The translations under genes were made by a program, and so were the position numbers. Shown here piece by piece: positions 25,529 through 27,793 of a stretch of DNA of 27,793 nucleotides. Positions within the stretch are counted from its first letter, which is position 1. Each line of letters opens with the position of its first letter. The stretch lies in the IMG/VR virus record IMGVR_UViG_3300020044_004952, positions 1 to 27,793 of that record, one strand, 5' to 3'. Source of the stretch: a virus (lineage: Duplodnaviria > Caudoviricetes). The notes below the pieces were generated by a model. It worked only from the letters and a program-made list of their open reading frames with translations, searched no databases and was not told the DNA's origin.

Positions 25529-26739
25529 TCCTCAGCCTCTGGTGGACTCGCCCCAAACTGATGCGCCACCAGCCACCAAGACAACACTGCTGAAAGCTTC
25601 AATGCGTCGGCGTAGTGGTCATGCGCCAACTTCTTCCATTGGAGAGGTTGGCGTTTGTGTTTGGCCATGATGAGGGCCATCCCTGAAAGCCCCATGATGA
25701 AGTCTGGCCCGATGTCTTCGGGAAAGTGCAGGAGCGGTGGAAGTCGTTTCTGGACTCGGTCCAGCCAGAGGGCGCATTTGATTCTGAAGTCCACATAGCT
25801 GGTCAGCATCAATCCAGGCCAGTCGTTGATTTGCGACTGGTTGAAGGTTCCAAATGCTTTGTCATTGCCTCGCGTCGGCCAGAGCTTGCCGCCTGACATG
25901 GCGCATATCTTGTAAATGCGGTCTGTTGCCCATGCGCTATCAATCAAGCCGCCGCTGATGGTCACGGTCTGGCCTGAAGGCGTGACGTATTGCTTTGTCC
26001 CAAGCCTTAGCAAGTCTTCGGGCGCGATGACTTCACCGTAATCAATCACCCACGCTTCGCCAGTTTTCTCTACGGCGGTCACAACGTAGTGCGTGCTTTT
26101 TTCGCCAGGGTCAGCACCGATGGAGATGTATGCTGGCTCATCGACTGGGCAGATGCCAAGGCGATACGGAGCGCGTAGGCTGAGAATGTCCTCGTCTTTC
26201 ACGGTGGCGCTTCGTTCTTCCCACGGTAGCGCTAAGGTCGAATTGAAGAAGTCTTGGAGAATGCTGGTGTCGCTTTGCGCGTCCAGCCACTTCACCGCCA
26301 GCGTGCCGAAAGCGCAGGAACGCCACGGAGCATAAAGGGAGTTCAAGTGATAGCCTACTCGTCCAGGTTCGGCGTTCGGATTGGTCGAGATCCATTTCCC
26401 GCCGCGGAGCATCTTGGTTTTGTGGCTGTCGGTGATCTTCCCTTTGCACTCTTGGCACTCGTAGTGAGCCGTCACCCTGACTCGGGCTTTGTCCCATTCG
26501 TCCTCCTTGCGCTCGCGGTCATACCATCGCACCTGCGACCACTCTAGGCGGATAAGCTCGGAGCAATGAGGGCAGGGCACCATGAAGTATCTTTGGTCGG
26601 TGCGGAGAAACTCTTGCCACACCGTGCCGCTGTCCACGGTTGGCGTGGAGGTCTTAACGCGAAGTGGGCTCGTAAACGCTTTGGTCCTGTTCTCTGCAAG
26701 CTGCAACGCGCCAGCCTCATTCCCTCGCTGGGTGGCAAA
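25525..26739 (-). CDS. terL: Terminase large subunit (lambda gpA-like), central and C-terminal part
   Basis: LAENRTKAF, TSTPT, YFMVPCPHC, YECQEC, GYHLNSLY, FFNSTLALPW, LIDS, HDHYADA. The true N-terminus lies on the opposite strand at 27207 onward. Confidence 0.9.
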   Translation of the reverse strand, partial: FATQRGNEAGALQLAENRTKAFTSPLRVKTSTPTVDSGTVWQEFLRTDQRYFMVPCPHCSELIRLEWSQVRWYDRERKEDEWDKARVRVTAHYECQECKGKITDSHKTKMLRGGKWISTNPNAEPGRVGYHLNSLYAPWRSCAFGTLAVKWLDAQSDTSILQDFFNSTLALPWEERSATVKDEDILSLRAPYRLGICPVDEPAYISIGADPGEKSTHYVVTAVEKTGEAWVIDYGEVIAPEDLLRLGTKQYVTPSGQTVTISGGLIDSAWATDRIYKICAMSGGKLWPTRGNDKAFGTFNQSQINDWPGLMLTSYVDFRIKCALWLDRVQKRLPPLLHFPEDIGPDFIMGLSGMALIMAKHKRQPLQWKKLAHDHYADALKLSAVLSWWLVAHQFGASPPEAED

Positions 26740-27210
26740 GCCTCCGACAAAGCCCAACCCTTGCCCGACACGCCAGAAGCCACTGAGAAAAAAGCCTCCC
26801 GAATCCGCCAAGCCGCAACGGTGGACGAGGCCGAACGCTACCTTTCCGAGGTCGAAGAACTTCGCAACTTCGCAAAGGAAAACGCTGAGACGCTATGGCA
26901 GCAAGGACTAGCCGACGACTCCCGCAAATGGCTGACTGTGCATCAGGCCATCGCAAAACAGTATCCAAGCCTTCACGCGCAAGTCCTCAAGCTGCGAGAG
27001 GCGCACAAGATCACGATTACCACTCAAGCCGCGCAATCGACCTTTACGGCTTTCCTTGCTCGCGTGCGTGGTCTTATCGACTCCATGCCGGGAGCGCTAG
27101 CGGCCAAGGTTAATCCGAGTGACCCAGACCACGCAAGAGAACAGCTAGAGCGCTGGCGGGATGAGTCGCTTTACAAAACCCTATCGACGGCTCCGTCAGT
27201 CCTGCCGTGA
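26740..27210 (+). CDS. terS: Terminase small subunit-like gene, 5'-truncated
   Basis: LIDSMPGALAAKVNPSDPDHAREQLERW resembles Nu1-like C-termini; GTGA overlap with terL; no ATG after the junction until late in the ORF. Confidence 0.7.
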   Translation, partial: ASDKAQPLPDTPEATEKKASRIRQAATVDEAERYLSEVEELRNFAKENAETLWQQGLADDSRKWLTVHQAIAKQYPSLHAQVLKLREAHKITITTQAAQSTFTAFLARVRGLIDSMPGALAAKVNPSDPDHAREQLERWRDESLYKTLSTAPSVLP

Positions 27211-27793
27211 TTGAATCTCTAACCGCATCCTTCGCCGCCTGTTTCGCCCCGCGAGACAACCGCAAGGTTTGGCAATGGGCAGAAGATGAGATTGTCCTAT
27301 CAATCCGCCAAACTGAGAACGAGGGGCCATACTCCACCGCTCTGACTCCCTACGTCCGCGAGCCGTTGGAGATGTTTGCAAACGATAGGAATAGCGACAT
27401 CGTGCTGTGCTGGGGCACGCAGACAGGTAAAACTAACACAATCATGGTCGGCACGGCGTGGCGTTATGTCCATCGACCATTGCCGGGATTGTGGGTCATG
27501 CCGTCCGAGGATCTCGCCCGTTCATTTTCGCAGACTCGTTGGCTTCCCATGGTGGACGACTGCGGGCCACTCCGAGCGCTTAAGCATCCAAGCCCGCGCA
27601 AAATCACCGCGCTAGCTCAAGACTTCACTGCTGCCGACCTTTCTTCGTCGGCTCAAACTCTCCCGCCGCTCTTTCGTCCAGGCCCCTCGGACTTCTCGTC
27701 ATGGATGAGGCGGGCAAGTTCGCCACCCACCGAGAGAATGAGGCTGGCGCGTTGCAGCTTGCAGACGACAGGACCAAAGCGTTTACGAGCCCA
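27207..27793 (+). CDS. terL: Terminase large subunit N-terminal ATPase part, with an apparent 1-nt frameshift near 27640
   Basis: Hand translation: VWQWAE, GPYSTALTPYVREPL, Walker A WGTQTGKT, WVMPSEDLARSFSQTR. After a -1 shift: VGSNSPAALSSRP, Walker B LVMDE. Confidence 0.88.
   Translation, partial: MIESLTASFAACFAPRDNRKVWQWAEDEIVLSIRQTENEGPYSTALTPYVREPLEMFANDRNSDIVLCWGTQTGKTNTIMVGTAWRYVHRPLPGLWVMPSEDLARSFSQTRWLPMVDDCGPLRALKHPSPRKITALAQDFTAADLSSSAQTLPPLFRPGPSDFSSWMRRASSPPTERMRLARCSLQTTGPKRLRA

Larger units (their letters stand above)
26665..27793. repeat. 75-bp inverted duplication (26665-26739 vs 27719-27793)
   Basis: Hand alignment gives 70/75 identity; both copies encode the same terL segment. 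Confidence 0.92.

Noticed and set aside
26566-26811. N-termini of track ORFs 26566-27210 (+) and 25525-26811 (-)
   Set aside because: Each reads across the inversion junction into the antisense of the other gene, so these starts are not genuine.
1-27793. Self-target of the array dinucleotide strings within the window
   Set aside because: None was noticed when comparing with the ORF translations by eye. This was not an exhaustive search.
26665-27793. DGR template/variable repeat pair
   Set aside because: The copies are inverted, the mismatches are not adenine-specific, and no reverse transcriptase is present.
1-27793. tRNA, rRNA, integrase or transposase
   Set aside because: No supporting motifs were recognised.

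Overview
This window is a fragment of a tailed (siphovirus-like) dsDNA phage genome. AC-rich, mostly non-Shine-Dalgarno leaders hint at a PVC- or Bacteroidota-like host, but the host cannot be established from the sequence. Most of the window (4407-26739, minus strand) is a lambda-like late module: terminase, gpW-like adaptor, portal, ClpP-type prohead protease, major capsid, an inserted glycosyltransferase/methyltransferase cassette, head-tail and tail genes with a G/GT -1 frameshift, tape measure, tail fibre, holin candidates and a CHAP endolysin. A SNF2-like helicase and an amino-methyltransferase lie on the plus strand (2005-4328). The most unusual element is at the left end: a stand-alone RAMP/Cas7-like gene (79-663) flanked on both sides by non-coding arrays of 5-nt units. 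Each unit is a near-constant triplet (GTG on +, CAC on the gene strand) plus a variable dinucleotide, and a conserved linker cuts the array into 59-69 nt blocks. This is a candidate CRISPR-unlike RNA-guided system. Also notable are a TTGAC motif 14-16 nt before seven late-gene starts, and an inverted last ~1 kb (terS/terL N-terminus) that is most likely an amplification or assembly chimera.
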